This document shows, in pieces, positions 31,780 to 32,000 of a DNA stretch of 32,000 nt. How positions within the stretch are numbered: the stretch's first letter is position 1; each line of letters starts with the position of its first letter. Position numbers and translations under genes: made by a program. The DNA comes from Fibrobacter succinogenes subsp. succinogenes S85 (GTDB lineage Bacteria > Fibrobacterota > Fibrobacteria > Fibrobacterales > Fibrobacteraceae): positions 2,610,001 through 2,642,000 of the forward strand of contig NC_017448.1 of the NCBI RefSeq assembly GCF_000146505.1, written 5' to 3'. The notes under the pieces were generated by a model, which saw only the letters and a list, made by a program, of their open reading frames with translations, did not search any database and was not told the origin of the DNA.

Positions 31780-32000
31780 TCTAGCGAAAGAGTTTATTTC
31801 TTTTCTGAAGACGTCAATGTCTCGTGTTCCGAATGCGGAAAACAAGCAACGTTCAGTGTGGATTTTGATGAAGTCGCAGGGGACTTGCGCTTGAATTTTG
31901 TAAAGGTTCGCACTTCAATTCCGCCTAGCGAAACTTGCCCGCATTGTGGAAACGAGGTCGAAGTTGATGTCTCATATTGGCGTCGTGAATTCTACTGCAA
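31777..32000 (+). CDS. Small zinc-ribbon protein (CxxC...CxxC), 5' partial: it runs off the window end
   Basis: My own translation from the ATG at 31777 is MSSERVYFFSEDVNVSCSECGKQATFSVDFDEVAGDLRLNFVKVRTSIPPSETCPHCGNEVEVDVSYWRREFYC..., with no stop before 32000. This ORF is not in the supplied track. Confidence 0.5.
   Translation, partial: MSSERVYFFSEDVNVSCSECGKQATFSVDFDEVAGDLRLNFVKVRTSIPPSETCPHCGNEVEVDVSYWRREFYC

Noticed and set aside
18150-32000. Searched for mobile-element hallmarks of the island and of the TA islet: integrase, transposase, tRNA, flanking direct or inverted repeats
   Set aside because: None could be identified by eye in the window, so no mobile_element feature is reported. 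The island call rests only on composition and gene content.

Overview
The window has two parts, and the first is interrupted by a small foreign unit.

(1) Positions 1 to ~18150 hold a G+C-rich cluster of secreted hemicellulose-degrading enzymes, all on the + strand except one esterase:
- two adjacent CE6 acetyl-xylan-esterase-like genes
- two PHB-depolymerase/CE1-type esterases
- two GH43 enzymes
- one GH27 alpha-galactosidase
- one right-handed beta-helix enzyme

Six of the complete proteins carry a CBM6 module. Seven complete proteins plus the partial ORF at the left edge end in the same ~65-aa basic C-terminal tail. This modular pattern, with two adjacent CE6-CBM6 esterases, matches what I recall for the Fibrobacter succinogenes xylanolytic cluster (axe6A/axe6B, FPm-1 tail). 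The organism call is an inference.

(2) An AT-rich islet at 10505-11164 (- strand) sits inside the cluster. It has the full architecture of a type III toxin-antitoxin locus: sigma70-like promoter, two 51-nt direct repeats, intrinsic terminator, SD and a 155-aa ToxN/AbiQ-like ORF. This is the best-supported unusual system in the window.

(3) From ~18150 to 32000 the sequence is an AT-rich accessory, defence-type island containing:
- hipBA
- a protein with a histone-H1-like tail fused to DUF285/BspA-type repeats
- an HExxH protein
- a translationally coupled AddB-like nuclease and AddA/UvrD-like helicase-nuclease; the last nuclease motif of the latter lies out of frame
- a GmrSD-type DUF262/DUF1524 enzyme
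- two small genes, each behind a copy of the same promoter-leader cassette

There is also a tandem array of terminator-like stem-loops at 8431-8830, including an exact 104-bp duplication.

No rRNA, tRNA, CRISPR array, transposase or integrase was seen. All family calls come from motifs read by eye; no database search was possible.
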